From positions 1-27,917 of IMG/VR virus record IMGVR_UViG_3300017774_002294: a stretch of 27,917 nt of DNA. The stretch is one strand, 5' to 3'. The stretch's first letter is position 1. Each line of letters opens with the position of its first letter. This document shows, one piece after another, positions 9,001 to 14,647 of the stretch. Position numbers and translations under genes: made by a program. Below the pieces are notes generated by a model. The model had not been told where the DNA came from and made no database searches. It worked only from the letters and a program-made list of their open reading frames with translations. Origin of the DNA: a virus. Lineage: Duplodnaviria; Caudoviricetes.

Positions 9001-11362
9001 CATATCCTTGTCCACCACTAATTCCATTCCAGTCGCCCTTAATGGTTCCTAAAAGACTACCAACAAACTTTTGTATCATGGGTTGAGTGGTTGCAGTTAA
9101 TCCGTTTATTCCCAGGTAACCAGTTTCTACATTACCTCGGTTTGTTACATAATGCGAACTTGTTTCTGCATCGTAACTTGTAAACCGATTGAACTGAACT
9201 GATTTTGGCGTTGGTTGTACGGCTCCTACAAGACTACTTTGATCTGCTGGAGTTTCAGGCAATGCTAGTAAACTTAAACTATCAGGATTAAGACCCTTTG
9301 TTCTCCAGTTTGGTGCTTCTTCTGTAACTCCAATAACTTCACCCGTGTCGGAGTAAATGACCGTTTCATTTGATACAACATTTCCCTTGTACGCTCCTGC
9401 AATTTGCTGTGCGGTACTGTATGCGCTAGGTGCTAACTGAACTGATGTATCGTTTGCTATACTTAACGACTCAAGATTCTTTTGACCTTGATATGTGAAA
9501 ACATTATCGTAGTACATGCGTGGCAAGAATTTACCAACAGCGAATGATGATACTTGCTCTGGTGCTGCACGCAGTTGTGATGCGGGTAGTTGTGGTTCGT
9601 AATATGTTTGAATATAATCTTCCAACGGATTATAATTCAAAGTTACATATCGTTCACCTGAAGTGAATCCTGCTGCCCAATCTACGCGGTTTGATATTGT
9701 TCCTTCAGTCCATTCAAGCCAGTATCCTGTGGTTCCTGCATTGGTTGCAGACAATCCGAAAGGAGTCTCTGCAAGTCCACCAAGATTATTCAAGAATTCA
9801 TTCTTCAAATCAAATGGAATACGAGCAGTAACAGGGCCGCGAATCTTTCGGTTTGGGTGCTGATATACAATCCAGAATGGATCAGCATTTTGGAATCCTG
9901 AAGTTCTTAGGGGAACAAGCGGATTAATGAATGCTCTAGAACCACTTACAGGATTTCCAATACTCTTGTAGTATTCTTCAGCACTAATTCCTTCCAAATT
10001 TATCAGAGCAATATCACCAAAATCTATTTTGCCGTTTCCATCCAAATCATTTCTTATGATAGCATCATGTTGCGTTGGATCATAACCTGCAAGCAATCCT
10101 GTGTTTGGATCGGTAAACCAGTTTGATAGATCGTCATTTGTAATAAAGGTGTATGGAGCGTAGTGACCAATCATTGGTACTTCGTATTCCATGAGAGATG
10201 TGCTGTTTTGTAGATCAGCAACTGCACATCGCTTAATTTGAACTTTGCCGAAGAATGCTAGACCTGCGGGATTCAATAGACGCTTCAAGATATCCCGATA
10301 GCGATCAATAGTTACTTCACTAAGAATTACATACGAAAAGTTCTGATAGTAGTGGCTGTCTTGAATTACCTTGTTTGTGCTTAAACGACCATCGTTGTTT
10401 GCATAGTACCCTTGATATTCCGACATTCCACTAACAGTTACGGTTCCTACAAATCCTGTTCCCACTTCCGATTGAACGGTGATGGTTGGGGCCGTCTTGT
10501 AGTTTACTCCGTAATTATCAATGATGATTTTGCGAATCTTACCGTCAGTATCAACTTCTCCAACTCTACCTGCTGCACGAACACCAGTATCTCCAGCAGC
10601 AGGAGTAAACACCACTTGGTCGCCTGCCTTATATCCTGAGCCGCCTGAAGTGATGGTAACTTTTCCGATAACCGAGAATATTCTATTTTCTTTACGAACC
10701 ACACCATCTTTATCGGTAAACTCAATACCGTCGTATCCTGATTGGAATTCGCCGTTTACACCACCCAAAAATAGTTCAGCAATATCATTTGTTCCAACTC
10801 TATAAGTGCTTACATCAAGAACACGAGCACTAGCAAGAATATTGCCGCTAGCATCTTTCTGAACCACGGTATTGCCAACCGCATCAAATATAGCCTTGCC
10901 TGTATTATTGGTAGTTTTGATTGAACGACGAACCACCCATTTGCCGTCCGACAGTTTCATAATGTCGTTTTTGGGGTAGTAGAACTCAACGGAAGTATCA
11001 AACAAAATACGGAACAAGAAATCGTATGTCTTTTCTGTTCCCTTGGCTCGGTAGAATCCCTTGATGTTTTTCATCAACTTTACAGGATCTACTGGCTTGT
11101 TTGTCTTTTCCGAAACAGCCAACTTCTCAGGGAAACCAAACAGATATTCATTCTTGAAATATGAAATGAATTCTTCAAGAGTATTATCAATCTCAAGTAC
11201 GGTTGACAGTTTCTTTGGAGAACGCAGATATGTGTTGTCTGCATCCATCCACTCGTAGTATGCAGTTAAAAACGAAACAAGAGTGGGGTGGTCAATTCGT
11301 ACAAACTCAGGTAGTTGACCTGAGATGAATGGCGAAGTTGGATTAAAGTTTTTGTCTGTCAT
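2..11362 (-). CDS. gp7: Giant baseplate wedge protein gp7-like, >=3787 aa, 3' end runs off the window; multi-domain
   Basis: ATG at 11362-11360, 9 nt after the gp6 stop. Manual translation of the whole frame found no stop to position 2. N-terminus MTDKNFNPTSPFISGQLPEFVRIDHPTLVSFLTAYYEWMD...KNIKGFYRAKGTEKTYDFLFRILF...YYPKNDIMKLSDGKW and GYYANNDGRLSTNKVIQDSHYYQNFSYVILSEVTIDRYRDILKRLLNPAGLAFFG are typical T4-like gp7 motifs. The position after gp25-gp6 fits. Confidence 0.93.
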   Translation of the reverse strand, partial: MTDKNFNPTSPFISGQLPEFVRIDHPTLVSFLTAYYEWMDADNTYLRSPKKLSTVLEIDNTLEEFISYFKNEYLFGFPEKLAVSEKTNKPVDPVKLMKNIKGFYRAKGTEKTYDFLFRILFDTSVEFYYPKNDIMKLSDGKWVVRRSIKTTNNTGKAIFDAVGNTVVQKDASGNILASARVLDVSTYRVGTNDIAELFLGGVNGEFQSGYDGIEFTDKDGVVRKENRIFSVIGKVTITSGGSGYKAGDQVVFTPAAGDTGVRAAGRVGEVDTDGKIRKIIIDNYGVNYKTAPTITVQSEVGTGFVGTVTVSGMSEYQGYYANNDGRLSTNKVIQDSHYYQNFSYVILSEVTIDRYRDILKRLLNPAGLAFFGKVQIKRCAVADLQNSTSLMEYEVPMIGHYAPYTFITNDDLSNWFTDPNTGLLAGYDPTQHDAIIRNDLDGNGKIDFGDIALINLEGISAEEYYKSIGNPVSGSRAFINPLVPLRTSGFQNADPFWIVYQHPNRKIRGPVTARIPFDLKNEFLNNLGGLAETPFGLSATNAGTTGYWLEWTEGTISNRVDWAAGFTSGERYVTLNYNPLEDYIQTYYEPQLPASQLRAAPEQVSSFAVGKFLPRMYYDNVFTYQGQKNLESLSIANDTSVQLAPSAYSTAQQIAGAYKGNVVSNETVIYSDTGEVIGVTEEAPNWRTKGLNPDSLSLLALPETPADQSSLVGAVQPTPKSVQFNRFTSYDAETSSHYVTNRGNVETGYLGINGLTATTQPMIQKFVGSLLGTIKGDWNGISGGQGYARTGKDAYTTDYSEVLTTNLESWDAIIAESEGIINPDDPGSKVNFIMQKVLSPIWKGGINPDGTTFGGLEEYFPNASLGSYGHPPPCPRNIKYYTDYPGLSTDARSSKGETKTNTKGMTYTSYVPSPTCPDCRWDGRVSIDPNDPVQPRGMNIIWNNDATTVWNGMTGVNRNFALKLWKEKWYQFAKAAKVWMPSFYIATADVKVEKALQNLCISEMVKWRKQIFEETGLDDKLIVPFISNKVFTLGSGDGGYPASNLDSLQDISFLTPAQFVEYYIDPSLSGNPKGSVHGFYVWTGDDTYTNKWVTASSTPYPRVIEEYDASGNLTGWRPNPLTIPYGYEPYWDWTGGEDIKPGAPTGGYHIAGADGKPRVAWVVSGGTHAGNPYHGGNFAPRWPTASAPARLETISTMYHARKNIIAYQAYLDGVTGQTHAQYNFTKPEKYSYLKNSFPTFFDPSTNLLEWSRLKEFNFRVKATSNDGTSSIPVGMVKGTTFAFNHRNVRPGRGPRYRAGVKVEGAIISNPLFNSLTGSSTVFSYSDGTSYTDKGWNTADRIGYVKAVRPVAGDPSQLEIAVEPYFFVGRPVFDQAEGNDMSLWFPNGLIDGVTHGLTSGNAAYPTSYGATNPAATDAYLRSIGGQNDPAYVNQRPKWSSMFNPGDIISFGARGATFELQSQGQVSGDFRRTTRAERDRVWELVDRITLVQQEAALTRWNSLYNQGLGGDFRIEYNGVIDAWVIYGPGNRIIVNNWRPQKSTVDCTSESIKPEITGISIESDNSLIITYRYTNNCSVTKNMEWPDLPPMNLGDSIDYYDTRSSVNGAGKYTTFNRNDSVWSANYPSNVYSPVHLVKTKFSGDCCVGNNFAVGVSLLDYSPISDKHDVSMVVYPPQDYPSVALRTTSFDVVTDSNYSSKVTPTTATQTSKWAASWVTPTYGGATGTTHITTMFAITGRLSSSPQFDEAITGATSAKNFLSSIPANRRVIQPRYLGTVFTDEYWLGQGITLDNVYNTGDACRDASGNFVTADINDPREVAGRTGSYGGTQRFISPWLDNSAARAKTSWDTWLSEYSAIGGSAQYFVLENENNPAIVWSNWLRKSTSDTTTRQIVDHMNYILSDPRSDSLTAGNASVYGSLKTQLKLGAGYTTSQFSNVGGADLAMGASGGYKLWNSVMTGLAAYYIDEFFTSPITSRYSAARISNYDNIRIDETDYVSDLNGHREYFNADVGNSVAPHLYGEVSLVGTVYQVYSQDATRLDFNSSPSTPFGITPWSGLLVSQQKLRATDRNRKIDGKGLQVWVASIKYYGSNAFGGNVILHNEYWRENVYHILLHNPELLLYWNAFSAVAADDKYFHDAIDTVNNITNQRIYNTLDVSNQKLEYNTHFVVSGCLSANQNQNIFRISVNRSAVDVIDIDGVTTTLGASETGIWLTTKQECTSFTKKNYDSSTKKLFLSSNTTLANTKYKAYQDKYSFQIATYNESQMPANGVATLNSGASKTYKVAIKFNTLPNFNLSDNSFILDQGQQQDDLQNAAALETMSPYKNYLDTKYGPVRYSVDYRPVRGIVLAYSELVNPSPTASNYNPYGWDKTTTNYILAGGYPNTVGYTGVVSYVKNQLENRGWDRAMIWLPSGMPFNNTGTYEGTSILGGYPVRAVSHWTEPNQVYTPPTGPTSVVVNNMDNAYTLLKDMIDVLDDNKRVGFWFGNSPYYQTGFGGTYYPMSSTNYDNGDLLMTQVQTVWEITQNTRGIAKGMIGLDSWNPSNAVGGIDANTLQNYDAGILATFENEIKYITESRNPDYNHRRRPTFLDYYNTNGSVKINGSFGLGDYLTPNHETWVGMNWYNSTDPAIRGFGGDPRKQHERDLARGAEIKKVIDMGLVPVIYTEIDKAYIYNPPATGGCTGCGCCQSSCYTLDGLYDCNGCSGCFGCLGCPAPTGPTCSGANCCGSLTAGNQCWNTFLGVYDCEGCSGFGGCTGCEVIPADPCDSCHPGIPCLNIMTGLLDCEGCSGCFGCTGCGITAPATGCALCSSVNKCYTVDGIYDCVGCSGCFGCTGCPKGPTGATGCNLCRSDVPCWTLSGIYDCEGCSGCFGCQGCTTVTPCVGCECCTGGCFNKATNLYDCEGCSGCFGCTGCGITGVSAGATSCTGAGGSTACCGTTGNGTLCYNIVTGLYDCAGCSGFNGCTGCGITGSLTGCALCSQENPCFTIDGFYDCRGCSGCYGCLGCSITGATSCTGCGCCSTSVTGGCYNIVTGIYDCEGCSGCFSCTGCPVTGGCVGCDCCMTGGFNRITGLKDCEGCSGCFGFTGCGITAPATGCARCSEVNPCYTMNIPSGYDCEGCSGCWQCTGCPVTGPTCSGGQCCGSGSLRCWNTYTGLYDCAGCSGFGGCTGCGVTGVSAGPTGCARCSEWEGVPCFNVVTGLYDCAGCSGCFSCTGCAPVIVEPSCTGCSCCSQIYDCFTITGSFDCAGCSGCYNCNGCVERYSRCNQCTTEDCGATGGVNYQFCVDCGCADIYTNCSECTQLDCDSVTINTDFCRNTCGCVPTSVLCDECVRNNCNGIRCRTECSECRETDGVGKYTNCNQCLQGDCDFTSSINHQFCIDCGCQSRYLLCSQCTPADCDDQYNVNHQFCYDCGCTPTINCDVCVANGCVGDGCDFCVDCITQEEYTNCGQCLPIDCSADYRLNHQYCVVDCGCISDGATGSTSGETGDNGSDILEITNPGKKVSYSDFRKITLRSFFEMPVGPEFNCNNQDVQAPPVPQVKAISVNATNVDTADWSTDSNYIVNSYPNSREIFVNVEGVTVETGSSAGLSSLLYLSYYSAISMWADLFIVDQTGKEYQMASVGPMPTSATSVKITYPFINPQHPLSEPGAVSLGRGVFGGSFAYQGIQIPNNNCIYRLKIYFRNTSNTPIPGSTTIKEFNYQMLSSSDIVSRKAAPEGYHYMPDGSLMADSEMSSNSSGSSVISQLVGYVNGTAYYGPFHEHLGRKMVGSVHTSTFHQYIYNTMSESLANL
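956..1582 (-). repeat. 7 tandem 6-Cys protein repeats (type B, about 28-32 aa) inside gp7; consensus (YTN)CxQCxxxDC...NHQFCxDCGC
   Basis: Manual translation: CNQCTTEDCGATGGVNYQFCVDCGC, CNQCLQGDCDFTSSINHQFCIDCGC, CSQCTPADCDDQYNVNHQFCYDCGC, CGQCLPIDCSADYRLNHQYCVVDCGC and three further variants. Confidence 0.9.
1583..3331 (-). repeat. 14 tandem Cys-rich protein repeats (type A, about 37-50 aa) inside gp7; core C[YFW]xxxxG[LI]YDCxGCSGCFGCTGC preceded by a CxxC, CxxCxCC or C..CC leader
   Basis: Manual translation, e.g. CALCSSVNKCYTVDGIYDCVGCSGCFGCTGC and CARCSEWEGVPCFNVVTGLYDCAGCSGCFSCTGC. Identical nucleotide copies at 1747-1780 = 1882-1915 (34 nt) and 2643-2674 = 2757-2788 (32 nt). Confidence 0.95.
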
Positions 11363-11371
11363 ATCTCATTT

Positions 11372-13297
11372 TCAATAAGGGAATGCGGTTCCTGACTGCT
11401 CGTTAATAACAGCAACCGAGTCCTGCTCCACGATAAAATTAGACTTACTATAGTCCAAAACAATGATTTGGTTTCTTAAAGATTGGATGTCCATTCGTTG
11501 TGGTCGCACGGTTAGTCGTATTTCTGAGTCAGTTCTAGGCTCAATATATTGAGGATTGAAGTTATTTAGTGTGACCACGCCAGTAGTATAATTTATCTTA
11601 CCAATTTTACTATTGATGTACACTTTGGTAGTTCCTTCAATTTTATAAATTCTAACATTTCCGTATCCGTCATCGTCTAGGAAGGCATCAACCACAGGCT
11701 TGATTACGGCTGTGCTGGTTGAGTCCTGATACCCGAATGGGGTGGATGATAGGATTGGAGTGAATCCATCAATTGGATGAAGAAGCGAATTGCCAAATTT
11801 GATTGTATACGGAGATGGTTTGCTCAAGAATGGTTCTATTCTCTTCTGCAATCTTAAAGTTAAAGTTGTTCCTGTGATTGACTTGTTTGAATTGTCAACC
11901 GTTGAAACCAATTTGGATGATTTGAAGTTTCTACCAAACTTATCAAGATTTGCTGTTTCAAAAGCCTCTACCGTGGTTTGTATCTGAGAACCCAATCCAT
12001 CAGGACTAAGGTTAGTCTTTGAAGGATCATAACTTGATAGAGTATCCAACTCTAGGTAGATGTAATCTGGATCTACAATTTCAGGCTGTATGGTTACAAG
12101 ATTACGCTTTCCCAATACACTCTTCTGTATAGCCAATTTTTCTAAGATTCCAATCTTGGAACCATTCTTTGGCTTGATGGAAATAAACACCTTTCCGTAC
12201 TGTGGAGGATCGTTTTCTTCTCCTCCCCACACAAAGAAAGAATCTATTCCTTCGCTAAATTCCTTTACAAGAATTGTTTTATAGTCTTCTACTGTAACTG
12301 CTCGTTCTTGCGCCTGATAGTTTCTTGGAGCGTAATACTTGATAGACTCTATTGACTCAGGCAAAGTTCCACCAAAAGAAACGGTTCCATTGCCATCAGG
12401 ATCAAGAATTGAAGTTACTGATTCTGTATATGGCGATAAAACTCCTGCCACATAGGTGAAAGTTTTGCAGTTGTTTGCTAGTTCGCCGTTTGTTAGCAAG
12501 TATTCTAGACTGATTACATTACCGTTTTCCAAAGCCTTTCCAACAACGCCATCACCAAAATAAATTTCAAAATTTCCTTCTTCAGTTTCCTGCAAGAAAT
12601 ACACCAGCGAATCGCTGTTTAAACCATTAATATCCGTAGCCTTGCTCCAAATGTCAATTAAGCCTGTAGTATCTGTTGTGGACTTTTGTACACGAACACG
12701 AAGAGTATCCACATCAATATTGCTACTTGGCAATACAAATTTTTGGGTAGGATCAAACGAATTTACAACAAAGGTGTAATTACGCAAAGTTCCCTCGTAA
12801 ACCTTAACATTACGGGCTACAGGAACTCCTGAAACTAGTTCTATCTTATAATCGTCTAGAGCGATGAAATTAAAGAATCTGTTTCCCGGCAAAGACGCAC
12901 GGAAGATGTCGCCTCTGTTGATGAAAGCATTTCCTTTTCGCACTCGGGCTTCAACAGTATCTCCGCTTGCTGTGTTTATAATCAGACTAGAATTAAACGA
13001 CACATTCAAGAATATCTTGGATGCTTTTACTGATCTTGGAGTATATCCTAGTTGTTTGGCTAGAGATACGGTACTTGAACGCAATACTGATGAATCCAAG
13101 AATGCTTCATTGGCTACCATGTTTGCGTAAAAGGATTGATAGTGAGTGTTATATGCTAAAAGGTCTAGAATGATATTCATGCCCGAGCCTTCAAAGTCAA
13201 AATCTTTGAATTGTTCTTGCGAGCGAAGATAATCTTTAAGGTTTGACTTTATTGCATCAAAGTCTAGACCGTCTATTCTTAGGTTGGTGTTGCTCAT
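11372..13297 (-). CDS. gp6: Baseplate wedge subunit gp6 (641 aa)
   Basis: LDFDAIKSNLKDYLRSQEQFKDFDFEGSGMNIILDLLAYNTHY...NEAFLDSSVLRSSTVSLAKQLGYTPRS; IYFGDGVVGK; ESIESIKYYAPRNYQAQERAVTVEDY; WGGEENDPPQYGKVFISIKP. Confidence 0.96.
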   Translation of the reverse strand: MSNTNLRIDGLDFDAIKSNLKDYLRSQEQFKDFDFEGSGMNIILDLLAYNTHYQSFYANMVANEAFLDSSVLRSSTVSLAKQLGYTPRSVKASKIFLNVSFNSSLIINTASGDTVEARVRKGNAFINRGDIFRASLPGNRFFNFIALDDYKIELVSGVPVARNVKVYEGTLRNYTFVVNSFDPTQKFVLPSSNIDVDTLRVRVQKSTTDTTGLIDIWSKATDINGLNSDSLVYFLQETEEGNFEIYFGDGVVGKALENGNVISLEYLLTNGELANNCKTFTYVAGVLSPYTESVTSILDPDGNGTVSFGGTLPESIESIKYYAPRNYQAQERAVTVEDYKTILVKEFSEGIDSFFVWGGEENDPPQYGKVFISIKPKNGSKIGILEKLAIQKSVLGKRNLVTIQPEIVDPDYIYLELDTLSSYDPSKTNLSPDGLGSQIQTTVEAFETANLDKFGRNFKSSKLVSTVDNSNKSITGTTLTLRLQKRIEPFLSKPSPYTIKFGNSLLHPIDGFTPILSSTPFGYQDSTSTAVIKPVVDAFLDDDGYGNVRIYKIEGTTKVYINSKIGKINYTTGVVTLNNFNPQYIEPRTDSEIRLTVRPQRMDIQSLRNQIIVLDYSKSNFIVEQDSVAVINEQSGTAFPY

Positions 13298-13683
13298 CGT
13301 GTCCTCTCTAGGAGTATATTAGTTTCCAAAATTTGTGGTCTATTTGCCACGGTGAACTTGATGTTTACTGTAACTGTATTCTTATCTGGCTCGGCAAAAA
13401 ACTCAACGGCTAGATTATTAACTCTAGGTTCGTACTTGCGAATCAATTCTTCTATGTGACTACGAATAACACTATAAGTCACAGGACTTGGGTTCTCAAA
13501 CAACATGTCTTGAATACCCGAGGTTATTTCAGGATGAAATGGTTTTTCAAATCTACGAAGAAGAATAAGATTTCTTAGAGAACGCTTTACTGCTTCTTCG
13601 TTGATTTTAACTGTCACATCGCCGTCAATGTAATTCGGCTGAAAGTTTAAATCAAGATCTATATTGTAATTTTTGCTAGGCAT
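13294..13683 (-). CDS. gp25: Baseplate wedge subunit gp25 (129 aa)
   Basis: DLDLNF...NEEAVKRSLRNLILLRRFEKPFHPEITSGIQDMLFEN...IRKYEPRV...LERTR; ATGA overlap with gp6. Confidence 0.95.
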   Translation of the reverse strand: MPSKNYNIDLDLNFQPNYIDGDVTVKINEEAVKRSLRNLILLRRFEKPFHPEITSGIQDMLFENPSPVTYSVIRSHIEELIRKYEPRVNNLAVEFFAEPDKNTVTVNIKFTVANRPQILETNILLERTR

Positions 13684-14336
13684 TACCCTCTCCTCAGAAT
13701 TTCAAGTTCTATAAAGGAGCGATATTGCTCCATCAAACGATTTGCATACTCAGGATCATCAGGCAAATTGCTTATATCATTCCATTCAATTCTTATAAAC
13801 CCGATATACAGTTCTTGCTTTTTTATTGGAAGCAAAGTAAACGCTTCAATGTTTTTAGATTCATTGTATGTGCGTAGTGCGGTTTCTTCTTGTAGCGAAC
13901 GAGTAAATCGTATTCTTGGATCATCTTGTTTCAGAATTTCAATCATATCCCAGAACAGGGTAGCCAAAACTCCTTGAAGATACGGATACTCCATTGATAT
14001 ACCAGGTTTGCATGATTCGTAAGATACGCTGAATCGTTTCATTGGAGAACCCTCCAAGAACTTTCCGCCGTTATGAAACTGACCAATTTGTGCTCGGTCG
14101 GCATGCATCTGCAAACGAAGAGAAGTTAGCATTTCGTGTATATGATTGTGCTTTAGTTCCATAACAGAACGAAAATCAATAACTTCTTCGTGGTCTTTAG
14201 TTTTTTGCATTTTTGCTTTCATTGCGTCATACTTTTTCTTAATGAAAGCAACACCCATTAATATACCACTAACTGCGGTAGCAATTGCAATTCCGATATT
14301 AGTCCAAAATTCAAAATTGTTTGTTGTGTCTGACAT
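13683..14336 (-). CDS. Single-pass membrane protein with a GAF-like soluble domain (217 aa); candidate holin-like or sensor protein
   Basis: Start moved to ATG 14336 because AAGGAGG lies directly upstream. N-terminal hydrophobic helix FWTNIGIAIATAVSGILMGVAFI followed by KKK. Helix-ADRAQIGQFHNGG...LLPIKKQELYIGFIRIEW-helix pattern resembles a GAF fold. Function is inferred. Confidence 0.55.
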   Translation of the reverse strand: MSDTTNNFEFWTNIGIAIATAVSGILMGVAFIKKKYDAMKAKMQKTKDHEEVIDFRSVMELKHNHIHEMLTSLRLQMHADRAQIGQFHNGGKFLEGSPMKRFSVSYESCKPGISMEYPYLQGVLATLFWDMIEILKQDDPRIRFTRSLQEETALRTYNESKNIEAFTLLPIKKQELYIGFIRIEWNDISNLPDDPEYANRLMEQYRSFIELEILRRG

Positions 14337-14344
14337 AAACCTCC

Positions 14345-14647
14345 TTAGCCTCCACCACAATAAACATTGTTGCTGCCTGTGGCTATCGCAGAAGCACAGC
14401 CTACAGGATCTCCTATTCTCATTGCTTGACGACTATTAATGTACACCTGACTTGATCCCTTTACGCCAATTGCTATATGTGTTGGATGATCGTCGTCGCA
14501 ACCGTCTGCATGAGGGCCCAAACCGTCATACTGGCGATGACATCCTTTGCTGTTTGCAAATACTGTTCCTGACCAAGCAATAACTTGACGGGGCGGATAG
14601 CATCCGTGACCGCTGCAAATGTCGCCTTGTGTACTCATTCCTGGCAT
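14345..14647 (-). CDS. gp5.4: PAAR-repeat spike tip protein, gp5.4-like (100 aa)
   Basis: GDICSGHGCYPPR...VFANSKGCHRQYD...H...GSSQVYINSRQAMRIGDPVGCASAIATGSNNVY, with His/Cys metal ligands typical of PAAR proteins; two genes downstream of gp5. Confidence 0.93.
   Translation of the reverse strand: MPGMSTQGDICSGHGCYPPRQVIAWSGTVFANSKGCHRQYDGLGPHADGCDDDHPTHIAIGVKGSSQVYINSRQAMRIGDPVGCASAIATGSNNVYCGGG

Noticed and set aside
857-9631. Intein or intron as the source of the gp7 expansion
   Set aside because: No recognisable intein splice-junction motifs or LAGLIDADG/HNH endonuclease were seen, and the frame is continuous.
14337-14360. Track start MWWRLRRF for the membrane protein
   Set aside because: It overlaps the PAAR 3' end, whereas the AAGGAGG RBS sits directly before ATG 14336.
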